DNA from: Felis catus
Lineage: Eukaryota
Length of the DNA stretch: 64,000 nt
Direction: 5' to 3'
NCBI RefSeq assembly: GCF_018350175.1
Contig: NC_058378.1
Location: forward strand, 83,390,001 to 83,454,000
The position numbers were made by a program, and so were the translations under genes. Shown here one piece after another: positions 35,480 to 47,080 of this stretch. A model generated the notes under the pieces. That model searched no databases. It worked only from the letters and a program-made list of their open reading frames with translations, and was not told the DNA's origin. Numbering within the stretch: position 1 is the stretch's first letter; every line of letters starts with the position of its first letter.

Positions 35480-35650
35480 TCCATTAATTATCCAACTAAT
35501 TAATTAAAATGGAATTTAAACACTTAGTTTCTCTCTGGCACTTCCCTCATCTCAAGTGCACGGTAGTCACGTGACTGGTGGCTACCAGGTCCGGCCACGT
35601 AGATGAGATGTATACTTGTCGTCACAAGAAAGTTGCGTTGGACACAGAGC
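35480..35650 (-). mobile_element. MER3/MER33-like hAT DNA transposon fossil
   Basis: 'taattaaaat...tcaagtgcacggtagtcacgtgactggtggctacc...agaaagttgcgttggaca'. Confidence 0.65.
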
Positions 35651-37479
35651 AGGTCTCCAAGTACGTCTCCACAGCCTGGCTCAGATGAATGATGGTTCTC
35701 AAGTCTTCAGGGACCCACTGGCTTTGTTCTGGGGTCCCATCTACACTGCCACCCGGGAGGTGGAGGCTTTCGAAGGTCAGTGGAGGCCTTTCTGGGCAAG
35801 GCCAGGCCTCTAGGTTTCGTCTGACTCATGGGAGAGGACAGGCGGAGGACAGCGAATTCTTCTGAACATGCCAGTCTCGGCCCTCATGCGTTGCATATGG
35901 TAATAATAAGCACGGGAGGTAATAAGAAAGGTCATCTGTTGGGTGCTTAATGTGTTGAGGGTTTAAGTGAACGCTCACCGGACACCATGCCTGTCCCCAC
36001 TCCTCTTCACCAGCTGCCAAGGATGGGGACCGGCGTCATCCCCCGTGCACTGGCTCCAGCAGCCCAGACTCGCTGCAGACCCCGCCCAGCCCGTCCCCTT
36101 GTGAACATGACCCTGACCCGGATGGGACTGCATTTCTGAAGCCCGTTTCCCAAGCATCCCCTTAGCCCCATGTTCCTCTTTTATTGGAATAATTGTAACA
36201 TTTTAGCCTGCACCTTAGTACACGTACTCCTTTTTCTCCGTTTACAATGACGTAGGGACAATTCTGTAGGAAGTGGGGTGTGTTGACGCTTCCCATGACC
36301 CCTGCCATTTGCCCTTGCTTTTCTTTGTGGACCTGTGGATTCTCTTCATTTGGAACCTCTCCTTTCTGCTTTTTAAGCTGCCATCGTTTGGGAAGTTATT
36401 TAAGACCATCGGTCCTTGGATGATCATACGGGTTCTTTCTCCTCTGAAGAGCTTGACAGAAAACAGTTTACACTAAATATTAGAGCTTCGTTACCACAAC
36501 CATATAATTTGGCTGTGAACGCGAAGATAAGCTTCCAGCACGGTTTTCCATCGCTGCACATCAATGGCACTTTCTGGCGAGAGGTTTCGGTTTAAAATCC
36601 CTGGTCAATCAGTGCTTTACTCTCAGGAGGAAATCAAGGAAATCACTTGGAAATGGCTGAGAAATAGGAAAAAACAACAACAACAAAAACACAAGCAACC
36701 CAAAGCCTCTTGGCCACAGTGGGCATTTCTGGAGAGGTAGACAGGAGGTCAGCCGAGTGCTGAATGCTGTTCCCGGCTGCGTGGCCCTCCCTGGGCACAT
36801 CTGCCCCAATGGCACAGACATGGGAAGGAGAGATGGCTGTTTCAAGATGACTTCTGGGCCACCGTGGTCTGCTAAAGTCACAAAACACAATTGGCAAGTG
36901 TAGGGGCGGGGAGAAGGACTCCCGTTTCGGCTGGTCTCTAGAAAAAGGAAACAAGTGTAGGATCTGCTAAGAGATCAGTTTGCGCCTGATTTGGTTTAAA
37001 TGCTAAACCCTATGAAATGATCTTAAGCAGAAAAATCAATTTCCCAGAAGTCTCAGATGTACACTGGAACTCTTATATTTGAACTAAATCTGGGTAGAGT
37101 TAAATAATGAGCTTGCTCTCTTTAAGTGATACAAATGTATTTCACGCTAGGAGTAACTCATACGAGTGGGGGAGCTCCAGAAGGTGCCGGGGTCCCGGAG
37201 CCCCAGGAGACAGGTGGGCATGGCCGGTGATCACGACCGTCCTGAGGGATAGCACCAGGGTGACGCTGAGTCCCGGGGATCTCTCTGTTGCGGATGAACT
37301 CTCCAGAATAAACCCATACAGAGCTACATACTCAGGGAATTGCCTGCACTGATATCCAGGAAAGTGAGGGACCTCCTGCCAGAGCGTGGCATTTGAGAGG
37401 CAGGGGAGACAGTCTGGGGATACGCTGTGTCCTGAAGGGCAGAGGCGAAGGAGGGTCGCCATTCCTGACCCGCCTCAGC

Positions 37480-37570
37480 CTGGTCCTGACTCCCATTTCA
37501 TGTCTGGTTGACCTGGGCTCCACAGTTTCTCAGAGCCTCCGTGTTCCCATCTGCGAAGTGGGACTTGGGG
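37480..37570 (+). mobile_element. MIR fragment
   Basis: 'tgacctgggc...ctcagagcctccgtgttcccatctgcgaagtggg'. Confidence 0.6.
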
Positions 37571-38059
37571 CACCCCTTCAGTTGCGTTTCTTGACTGTCC
37601 CGGGAACCGGGGTGCGGCAGAAATGCGGTGGACGACGTGCTACTCCGAGCTCGTGATTCTGGTGGTGGAGGCGAGCAGCACAGAGCCAGCAAGCTTACGG
37701 AAGCATTAGGCTGTGGAAGGTGCTGGAAGGAAGAGCACGGTTAACAAACTCATGTGCTCCCGAGAGTCCTTGGAGGGGCTGCGTAAGGTAATACGGCCAA
37801 GGGCCAGGGAGTGTTCAATGGATGTTAGCTTTCACTACCATGGGTTTTGTAATATGATGCTTACTCTTGTCATTAACCGTCAGGGTTTTTCATTAGGTAA
37901 GGCAGGGGGAGGAAAGAGGGAAGCAAAATAGGAAACTGGGAGAAAGGAATGAAGGGGAAACACAGGGTTGGGGGGTGGGCTCTGCGTCTCTATCTACCAA
38001 CTACAGGCACCTGTTGCAGGTTCTCCTCTCCGTCTCCATGTGGCCTCAACTCCGCCACA

Positions 38060-38082
38060 CCCCCACCCCCACCCCCACCCCC
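38060..38082 (-). other. G-quadruplex motif (GGGGGT)3GGGGG
   Basis: cccccacccccacccccaccccc on the + strand. Confidence 0.65.
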
Positions 38083-40659
38083 GGGGCTCATCCAGCGAGG
38101 TACTTGGGAAGTTCTCTGGAGTCAGAGATATACCTCGGCGCCCCTGCCCCTGGCCCTTGCAGTGCCTCCATTTTCCCTGCTTTATCCGAGGAGCATTTAC
38201 AAGTGGGGACAGACCTCTGGCAGGGGGCCCGTGGGGTGTGAGTGCTGGTGTGGTCTGCTCAGAAGAGCAGGAGGCGCCCCCCCCCTTCCCATGCATGTCC
38301 ATCGTTGGATTTAAAAGCTGGCCCCTTGGGGTGCATTTACGCTGGAGCCAGAGTCCCTGCGGCCAAGGCATCTGGACGCTCTTTCGGTCTCCTTGTTAGT
38401 GATCCATTCTTCTTGTGAGTGTTTTTAGCAGCTGGATGTTTGCCTTGCCAATTTGGAATACGCGGGTCCTGTACCGAAGGCATCGATAACCCATGGTAGG
38501 GATGACGTGGCCGGTGTAGATTTGGAAGATAGAAAGCAGATGAGGGTTACTTGGAGGTGAACTGTGGTTTTCGATGCTCACATGGAGGCTCTGAAATCCA
38601 AGCTCCCCCCCGAGTTTCGATGGCCTCTATTTGTTTGCTTATTTTGCCTGCTCTCTCCGCTGTTGGAATCCCTTCTCCCTCCCCTGCAGCAGGGCCAGAT
38701 GACACACGTTCAGTCTAAAACCATGAATCCAGTGTTCCAGGGCCGCTGCTGTCACCAGCCAGCTGTGTGACCTGGACAGGCTACTCAGCCCTCTGGAGCA
38801 CTCCCTGTGTCCCAGTCTTCGAGGCGGGGGCGGCTGTTCCCGACCGGAGAATTCGCTTCGTTTAGAGAACTTGGGGAACACAAAATGAGCTCACAGGAGA
38901 CCCTCCAGGGCCTGCGGACTGAGGCAGGGAACCAGTGGGCGAATCTTTCGCACATGGCGTGTTTCTACAAAAGCCCGTCCAACGTGCTTCAGTCTGCTCG
39001 GTGGTGAAGCCCGCGTTTAACTCACGTAGTTCCTCTGGAAAGTGCTGGTCGTACGTTGATAAACTTCCATCTTTCGACAGTACCTCTGGGTGAGGAGGAC
39101 TCCACTCCCCAAAGAAGGCACGACCTTAATGAGGTCAACTTGTTATCAAATGGCGCCCCAAAAAGATGGATTAGTTGACATCACGGTGGCGAGAAGCGTT
39201 CTCCCGTCTGCACTGAGCGGCAGCCTGCCGGGGGACATCGTTTTTGGCTTTTATCCAGCAGGAAGGAACAGTAAATAAATGAAGAGGTATATTAGGCTGA
39301 ACCGCTGACATTTGTATGCAGGGTAGTAAATGTTTGTAGATGAAGAACACAGCTAAAGATTTTTTAATAAATGCTTTTGTGACGGATTTTATACTAAATC
39401 ATTTCTTGACATTTCGACTAAAACCAACAGCTTAGATAATGGATCTGATGTTCATACCGTGCATATACTCTGGTTTGATAAATCCTCTGCTAAGAGGACC
39501 TCCATGAAACCGATTCCCTCCAGGCCGGGGAGAAGATTGTATGTGGAATAAATTAATGGGGGGAGCCGGGGAGGACCCAGGGGTCTGTGTTTCCGCCCAC
39601 GCTCTGGGTCTGTGCTGAGGCTCAGTGAACGGTCTCCTTGGGTCTTGAATTTGGGTTGCACCACGTTAAATAAACTCCGCGGTAGAGATGACTTTATGAG
39701 GGTTCTGTTTTCTGACGGGAATATTTACTTAAGAAAGCCAGAGACAGAGGGCCCGAGAGGAAATGAAGGAGTCAGTAAGGCAGCACGCGGAGAGGCCATT
39801 TTGAACAAAATGTTGCCCTGTTTTCCCTCTTAGCTCGTGCAGGCCGTCCCCGACCCTCCTTCCTCCCTGACCAGCAGGCACCAGCAGGGACTCATGGCAG
39901 ACTCTTCAGGCTCCTGGAGGAGGCCCCGCTTCATCGCCAGCAAAGCCCTGGCTCACAAGGAGTTTCTTCCTCCTTGTCTGGCCTTCGAGGCCTGGGCTGG
40001 CCTCCCGGGACGTAGATGCTGGAGTACTGTGGCATTTCCTACCCTTCTCTCTGTTGGAGGCTCCCTTTGCATTGACCTCGGCTCAGCAGACCCTTCCTTT
40101 CTCTCCGCTGACTCTCGTGCTCCGTGCCCGGGCCTCCCTCTTCCTCTCTTTGCTGCAGGTGGAGAGGGTGCTCTCTCCGTGCCCGTGGCCCATTTCTGTC
40201 ATCCCGGAGAGTTCCGCTGGCCGTTTACAAAGGGCTTCTAGTAGGCCCCGTGGGCCACCAGGCATCACCAAGGCTGCCGCGTGATGCAGCACTGATTCCT
40301 GAGCCCGAGTTCCCAGAGACGGGCGCAGGGACCCACGCTCCCGGAGGCCCCTCCTTCTGGTGTCCAGCACCCAGGGTGTGTCTGGAACGAACAGACACCT
40401 GAGGGAAACAAGGAAGGCAGGCTGGAGGCTTTAGGCCTGAGACTCAGGGCGGATGCCTCATCTCACGTTTTCTCGTCACATGTCCCGTAGTGTTCAGAAA
40501 CGCCAAGTGACCTCCATCCCGATCCATTACGGTGTGACAGATGAAGCCATCCTTCAGGCAAAGAAATTAAAGAGCCTTGACAGTGATAATTGCTGTTAAT
40601 ATCACTCTGGACATAGGTTTGCTGATTGAGGAGTTTAGAAAATTTGCTTCTGAAACAAC

Positions 40660-41400
40660 ACGAGATAACATGAGAAGCGGCCCACGGTGCCGTCTGCAGG
40701 GCGAGAGACGGTGTCGGGGGGCTGGACGGGCGCTCCCCAGCAAAGCCGGTGGGATGCACGGTCAGGGCACGGCGCCGCCCGAGCCGGGCCCGGGCCCTGT
40801 GAGTGCTGCCCCCCGGCCGGGGCACCGGCCTCCGGGCACCGTGGGGCCTGGTCGCCGGGCAGGGGCGGAGATCCGTGCAGTGCGCACCAGCACCTTCCTT
40901 CTCTGATTTCCTTTCCCTGCTTTCCATCCTCACTCTCCCTGGTGAACAGTCCTTGGCAGGTTTCCCGAGATATCAAATTCCAGGAGAGAAAATGCACAGG
41001 TCGTGTGTAAGGACTAAATAGAACCCTTAGCTGGAAATGACTTTTGTCAGGTGTCTGCGAAACAGCTCCGCCCTCAGCTACGAGTTAATCAGACGCGGGT
41101 GAGGAGCCGGGGCACGTCGGGGTGGGGGGGGGGCCCTCCGTGGCCTCCGGGCGCCCCCCTGACAAACCTTGTGCAGGTCACGGAGCTTCTCGGGGCTGCG
41201 GCTTTCTTATGTCACTAATGAGGGGCTAGGATTCGCTTGCCCAGGCTGCTTCCAGGCCCGAGAGGGTGCAATTCTGTCCCCCCGCCCCCCACCCAACGTC
41301 AGTCCCCCCGGGGCCCCGGTCCACCGCGGGGGCGTCTAGCGCTGGGCCACACTGAAGATACTCTGCCCTCCGTGCGGCTGTAAAATCGCCTTTGGTTTGC
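40660..41400. promoter_or_regulatory. Weak CpG-rich patch
   Basis: GC-rich and CpG-dense. May be compositional rather than a functional island. Confidence 0.3.
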
Positions 41401-41649
41401 TTTGCAGCTTGTTTCTAATCATAGAAACAGGTGAGGTGAGCGCGTTAAAAATGTCTCCCACGTAGGAAAGTCTAAATACTTTCTCTGCCGATTGCAGTGA
41501 CCGATTTGGCACGTTGGAGGGGCCTGGAGGTGGGAGGGGTAGTTTTCCACGTGTGCACGCTGCAGCTACGTGCCTGGGACTGGACGGGCAGGGCCCATGG
41601 GGGACACGGGGTCGTGGTTGCTCTGTGGGCCAGGGTGGCGTGTCAGGAG

Positions 41650-41800
41650 AGGCTTGACTCTGGGCCTCGATGTTCTCATCTGGAACATGGGGTAACAGTT
41701 CCCTTCTAGGCCCGTGAGGAGTGGCAAATGCAGTAACCAACACTGTAGATCGCGCGTATACGTGTATACTGTGCATATAAACAGCGCACTTTAGACGTTA
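41650..41800 (+). mobile_element. MIR fragment
   Basis: 'ctctgggcctcgatgttctcatctggaacatggggtaacag'. Confidence 0.55.
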
Positions 41801-42057
41801 TTAGCACAATTCCTTGGTTTTCTTCGGCTGCCTCCCTCTGGTTACAACCTTTTCCCTGCACTGGGGGGAAGAGCAAGTCTCTGATTTCGAGGCCGTGGTG
41901 ATCTGTTCTCCCTGGGTAACTTTGGGGTAAAGATGAAATGCCAAGGGCAAAGGCTACATTCGGAAGGCAACAGGGAAGGAGGCCAACGGGCCTTGGCTTC
42001 CTGTGCATTTAATCTGGGGATAAGCTGGCCCATCATATGTGGTGTCGAGGGCACCAT

Positions 42058-42274
42058 TTTTTTTTAATTAAAAAAAAATTTTTTTAATGTCTATTTATTT
42101 TTGAGAGACAGAGAGAGAGACACAGTGTGAGTGTGGGAGGGGCAGAGAGAGAGGGAGACACAGAATCTGAGCTGTCGGTACAGAGCCCGACTCGGGGCTC
42201 GAACCCTGCGAACCGTGAGGTCATGACCTGAGCCGAAGCCGGAAGCCTAACCGACTGAGCCAGCCAGGTGCCCC
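42058..42274 (-). mobile_element. Can-SINE with internal deletion
   Basis: Reverse head 'ctaaccgactgagccagccaggtgcccc'. TSD gagggcaccat (42047-42057) / gaggccaccat (42275-42285). The usual 'agcaggctccaggctctga' segment is missing. Confidence 0.94.
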
Positions 42275-42762
42275 GAGGCCACCATGGTTTTAACATAGGC
42301 TGTTCAGAGCCCCAAAAGCCCCGGGAAGAAGATCAACTTCCAGGTTGACTGCGGTGGCCCAGGACACTGCTGATACTCCTGCAGGTCCCTGGTGCCTCGG
42401 GACACATTGCTGTCTCCACCGGGGCAGTGGTGTCTTTGTAAGTGACACTGTGCACATGTGCCCCTGCCTTGGTCTGTCAGCTGCCTGGGGACAGGGACTG
42501 TGCTGGCATCTGCAAGTTCTCAGGCGGTGTTTGTTCGATGAGTGAGGGGCACGCCGCCACTTTGGGGAGCACTTTATCCAGAGCGTCCCTTCCTGAAAGT
42601 GGGGGGCCTGGCAGGTCTTGCCTGGTTCTCTTCCCGTGTGGCTGTGCCGCGTCCCTTCTCTCAGAGCGTCCTGCCATGGGCAGCGTCACCCACCCATTGG
42701 TACCGCCTTCCCGTGTGACCCAGCCAGACCCTTGCCGCATGGAGTGCTACTTAGGAGCTGTG

Positions 42763-43040
42763 TTTTTCAAATAGCGGTACTGAGCTACAATTTACGATCA
42801 TGAACGCACACATTTCAAAGGACACGTGCGTGATTTTGAGTAAATGCACGGAGTTGTGCAACTGACATCGCCATCCGCATTTAGGACTTTTCCGTCGACC
42901 CGGAAAGATCCCTCTTGCCGCCACTCCCGCTGCTACCCCAGCCCCAGGCAAACACTCACCTACTTTCTCTCTCCATGGACTCGCCTTTTCTGGACGTTTC
43001 CTGTCAGTGGAGTCACACAATATGTGGTCCTTTCCGGTGG
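42763..43040 (-). mobile_element. L1MB7/8-like 3' end
   Basis: 'cacggagttgtgcaac...ccccagccccaggcaaacact...ctttctctctccatggactcgccttttctggacgtttc...tggagtcacacaatatgtggtccttt'. Confidence 0.85.
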
Positions 43041-43325
43041 CCATATTGACGCCTCTCCCTCCTGGTTCCTGGCAGGAAACAATTCGTATTTGTGGTTGGA
43101 AAGTATCTGGGAGTCAGGGAGATGGCTGCCCTTGTCCACACCGGCTGGAGCCACATTCCTTCTGCTCTTTGTGGGATCCGCTCTCTGTTCTTCTTCTCAG
43201 CACTGAGAACAGGAGCCCTGGTTCTGTTTGGTGATGCACGGAGACCTGGCTCAACGTGCCTAACCTGGAGCTCATCTTTCCTCCGCGCCCTGCACCGTGC
43301 TGTCGGTGAAGAGTGTGACCTTCCC

Positions 43326-43867
43326 CTGGTGGGCAGACTCTAAGGTGACCCCATGATCCCTGGACCCCCCCTGGAGTGTGGGCGGGGCCGGTGGCGGACT
43401 TCTGACAGTAGATCACAGCAAAGGCAGGCGGCTCCGTGACCTAAGACTGTCGTGGGGTTCTTGCTGGGGTTTCTCTCTCCCTGTTGGCTGTTGGGAAGGA
43501 AGCGGTCATTCTGGGGATCCTCACATGGCAAGGAACTACATGCGCTTCCAGAAACTGAGGGCAGCCTCCAGCAGAACACTCCCCACGCCCCCTGCCCCGC
43601 CCGCCACAGCCCCTCAAACCCAAAGCTCTCGGTTTTACAGCTGTAAGGAATCGGATTCTACCAATAACTGTGTGAGCAGGAAAGTGGATCCTTCCCCAGT
43701 CAAACCACCGGATGAGAACCCTGTTCTAGTTGGCACCTTGCCGGCAGCCTTGGGAGACCCCAGCAGCAGAGCCAGGCAAGCTTTGAAACTGTTAGATAAT
43801 AAATGTGTGTATATTTTTAAGCGGCTCATTTGGTGCTGATGTTATGCTGCAATAGAAGACGAATTCA
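43326..43867 (+). mobile_element. MLT1E/F-like MaLR solo LTR
   Basis: 'cagactctaaggtgaccccatgatccc...cacatggcaaggaact...ggattctaccaataac...gtggatccttccccagtcaaacc...gataataaatgtgtgt...ttatgctgcaatagaa'. Confidence 0.85.
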
Positions 43868-43899
43868 TCCCCCACGTAAGGTGGCTATCTCCCAGGCCA

Positions 43900-44530
43900 C
43901 ACCCCTGCTCCCTAATCTTTTCTACTGTCCCTACTGCCCTGTTTCACTTTAACCCTCTCATCTTGCCCATTACTGCAATGGCCTCCCACCGATCTTCCTG
44001 CCTGTGGACTCCCTCTCAACCCACCTCTCCCCTCCCGCGCCTCCTTCACCCTGATGCAGCGAGGTCTTTATGGAGACCGGGCCTCGCCCTGGCAGCCTCC
44101 GTGTGGCACTACAAGAATCTCACGATCCAGTCCCAACACGCTTCTCAAGCTTTATTTTCTGTCCCTCCCTGCTCATACAACTACGTTCTGGCCACACTGA
44201 ACGACTTGGCCGTCCTTAGGTATTCTGTGTTTGTCCCTCCTCTGTGACTTTGCATTTGCCCCTCTCCTTGTCTGGAATGCCTTTCCATCCCTTTTCAGCT
44301 TGAAAAACTCTTTTTCATTCTTCAAAACCCCAGGCTCAGTATCACCTCTTTTTGAAACCTTCACAGGCAGAAAAGATTTGGGCTTTATGCAGCACACTGC
44401 TCTATCACTGACTCTCATGTGTTCTTTGCGTTTGTGTCCCCAGAACCCCCAACAGAATGTAGACGGGAATTTGGACTTGCTCTCCCCCAGCTCTAGAGCC
44501 TGACGCACCCCTGTGGTGTTCTATGAACAC
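43900..44530 (+). mobile_element. L2 fragment
   Basis: 'ctttgcatttgcccctctccttgtctggaatgcctttcc...cattcttcaaaacccc..gctcagtatcacctc'. Confidence 0.7.
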
Positions 44531-44829
44531 TTTTAGAACGAGTAGCTGACCCATCCGCTCAAATACACGAACCAGAACCTTCGGCCGTGACCTTGTGTCG
44601 TGGGTATCTTAAGATCCCTCGATTTCCAGGGAGCTGGCTGTGTGGGTCGGATGAGATGGGACAAAGGGAGAGGCCGGTTCCAAATTCTGGGATGCACTCT
44701 GGAACGTACCGCAGATCTGAATGTCACGGTCAGTGTTTTATTTAACTTCCATCCCCTGCTGGTGTCCCAGCTCGTGGGCACCGGCCTGATAGAAGTCTCA
44801 AACTATGCAGAAAGGATCCGGGGAGTGTG

Positions 44830-45095
44830 GACCCTTCCCTGATTTATCACTACATCTGAAATCGCACCCCCTGGCGCCCCCCCCCACACACCCCATCCCT
44901 GCTGCTGTGTTTACTCCCTGCCCCTCCTCCCCACTGAGGTAGACATTTTCGTCATTTACCTACTTGTTTTCTGCTTCCCCCGAGAGAGTGGATAGCCCTG
45001 TGGGGGCTGGGGGCTGTGCAGTGTTCCTTTCTACATTTCCGGTGCCTGGAAACATGGAATGTTCCGGGCACACAGGGTTGCCGGTTGAATGAAGT
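44830..45095 (+). mobile_element. L2 3' terminus
   Basis: 'ccttccctga...ggtgcctggaa...gggcacacagg...gttgaatgaa'. Confidence 0.6.
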
Positions 45096-46091
45096 GCAGG
45101 GCTCCTGTCCCCAGGGCCCCACTCTGCTGACACCTAGGCTGCCTCCCCTTCCTGATGTTTGTAGAATTCAGACCCACGGAGTCAGCCCTTTGCTTTTGCC
45201 ACTTCGTTGACTTTCTATTCCCCTTAGAATAAAGAGAATAACCTTCACTTCTAGAAATTTCTTACTTATCCGTTCATGCCAGATTTAAGGTTTACAAAAG
45301 ACTGTGGATTGTTTTTTATGGATTACACTTAAATTCAACCAAAAATGTAACTCTAGCCCTAACCTAACGTCTGAAAGATATAATATGAATTTTTCTTCCT
45401 CGACTATTTTTATTTTAGTATATTTTATTTTAATATGTGAGATATGTGAACCCTATGGTGTTAGGGCAAAATGGTATCGCCCTCTGGGTGGCCCTCAGGG
45501 GGTGTGGGTCTGACTATAATCCTTTACAAGGGTTAAGACCCTTGCCATTGTGTTCCTATGCAATGAGGGATGTGGGGTGGGGACCGTTGACTTCCAATAC
45601 TGTTCCTATCAGTTTCATGTTCTTTGCGGAGGAAGGAGGAAGGCCCCTCCAGTCTACTTCTGCTGAGGCTTGTTAAGCCGTGGCCTTGGGGGCCGGCCGA
45701 TCAGCAGCGCTGGCAGTCGTGGGGCACGCACAGCCCGTGGCTACTCCAGCCCAGTGCCTGGCTGTGGCACGGAGCGTGTCACCTTGGTGGAGTTGTAAGG
45801 GCGAACCATGCTAGCATGACAGAGCCCACTTAACTCTGTATGGCGTGGCATTTGGGGAAGAGGCAAGGGACAAGTAGGTCCTGGGCCCTGCAGCGGGGCG
45901 GCGGCCAGCATGCCCTGGACGGTCTTCAAGTCAGTATATTTCAGGGTGATTCTTTCCTAACACTGAGTCTGTGGAACAGAACGGAAATGTGTTTCCTGAG
46001 TATTTTAGGGAGCACGCGGTGGATGAGACCGCTCCTCCTAAGCCAGCACTGCTTGTCCAATATGTGGTCCTAAGAAATTAAAATGAATCTT

Positions 46092-46305
46092 GGGGCGCCT
46101 GGGGGGCTCAGTCACCTGAGGGTCCGACTCTTAATTTCAGCTCAGGTCATGATCTCTTGGTCAGTGAGTTGGAGCCCCGTGTCCGGCTCCGTGCACGGAG
46201 CCTGCTTGGGATTCTCTCTCTCCCTCTCTCTCTCTTCCCCTCCCTTGCTCGTGTTGTCTCTCTCAAATTAAATAATTAAACTTAAGAAAGTCTTAAAAAA
46301 ATAAA
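46092..46305 (+). mobile_element. Can-SINE
   Basis: ggggcgcctggggggctcagtc head, (CT)n tract, A-rich tail. Decayed TSD taaaatgaatct / taaaatggatct. Confidence 0.93.
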
Positions 46306-46904
46306 TAAAATGGATCTCTTTGTGGCCAAGTGAACACCCCCCCAAAAGGACACCCTCCGTTGGTGTTTGGTTCCCTTTTCCACAGTGGGTCAACCGGCTC
46401 CCTCCAGCGCTCGCAGGAGGTGTTTTCTCGCGTGGGTCAGACCCCAAGGCTGCCTCGTGTCAACTCCAGGAAAGAAATCGGCAAATGCACGAGCTCGCCT
46501 TCAGCATGTACTTCAGTCCCGGGGGCCGCACTGAGTCAGAAAAGGCGCGTTAGGTTCCTGTCACAGGTGTTCTTGCAGAGCCGCTGCTTGAGCCCCACGA
46601 GGAGACCCGTGTGCCTCCGAGGGACTCGCGTGCCCCAAGATCAGGGCCTCTGCCTCCACCACACGTGACAGGTGTGCAGCCAGTCCCCGGGGAGTGGAGT
46701 CCAGAATGGCAACCACGGAGTGAAGGAACTTTGCAGATGGTGAGGTCAGACTTCCAGCAAGGGAAAGAGAAGCCAGGATATAGGCGTGCAGAGAGGAGTT
46801 GGGTTTAGTGCTCGTTCTTCCCTTACAGCCATGCACTCTCCACTGGTTCTCCAAAGTTTCCTCCTGCACTGTCTCCCCATACCCTGCTCCACGCAGGGGG
46901 AGCT

Positions 46905-47080
46905 GCCCCGGGGTGCGCCCTGGGTTCCTGGAGCGCTCCCTGGATTCCTGGGGCATAGCCTTGGGTTCTGGGGGTGAACTTTGGTTTTGCGGGTACTTCC
47001 TGGGTTCCTGGAGCACTGCCTGGGTTCCGAGGGTGCAACCTGGGTTCTGGGGGTGCAGCCTGGGTACCAGGGGTGTCTAG
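46905..47080 (+). repeat. 20-bp-period G-rich minisatellite, ~8.5 diverged copies
   Basis: Units such as tgggttcctggagcactgcc / tgggttccgagggtgcaacc / tgggttctgggggtgcagcc in 20-bp register. Confidence 0.85.

Noticed and set aside
46905-47080. CRISPR-like periodic array
   Set aside because: Mammalian DNA with contiguous degenerate units, no unique spacers and no cas genes.
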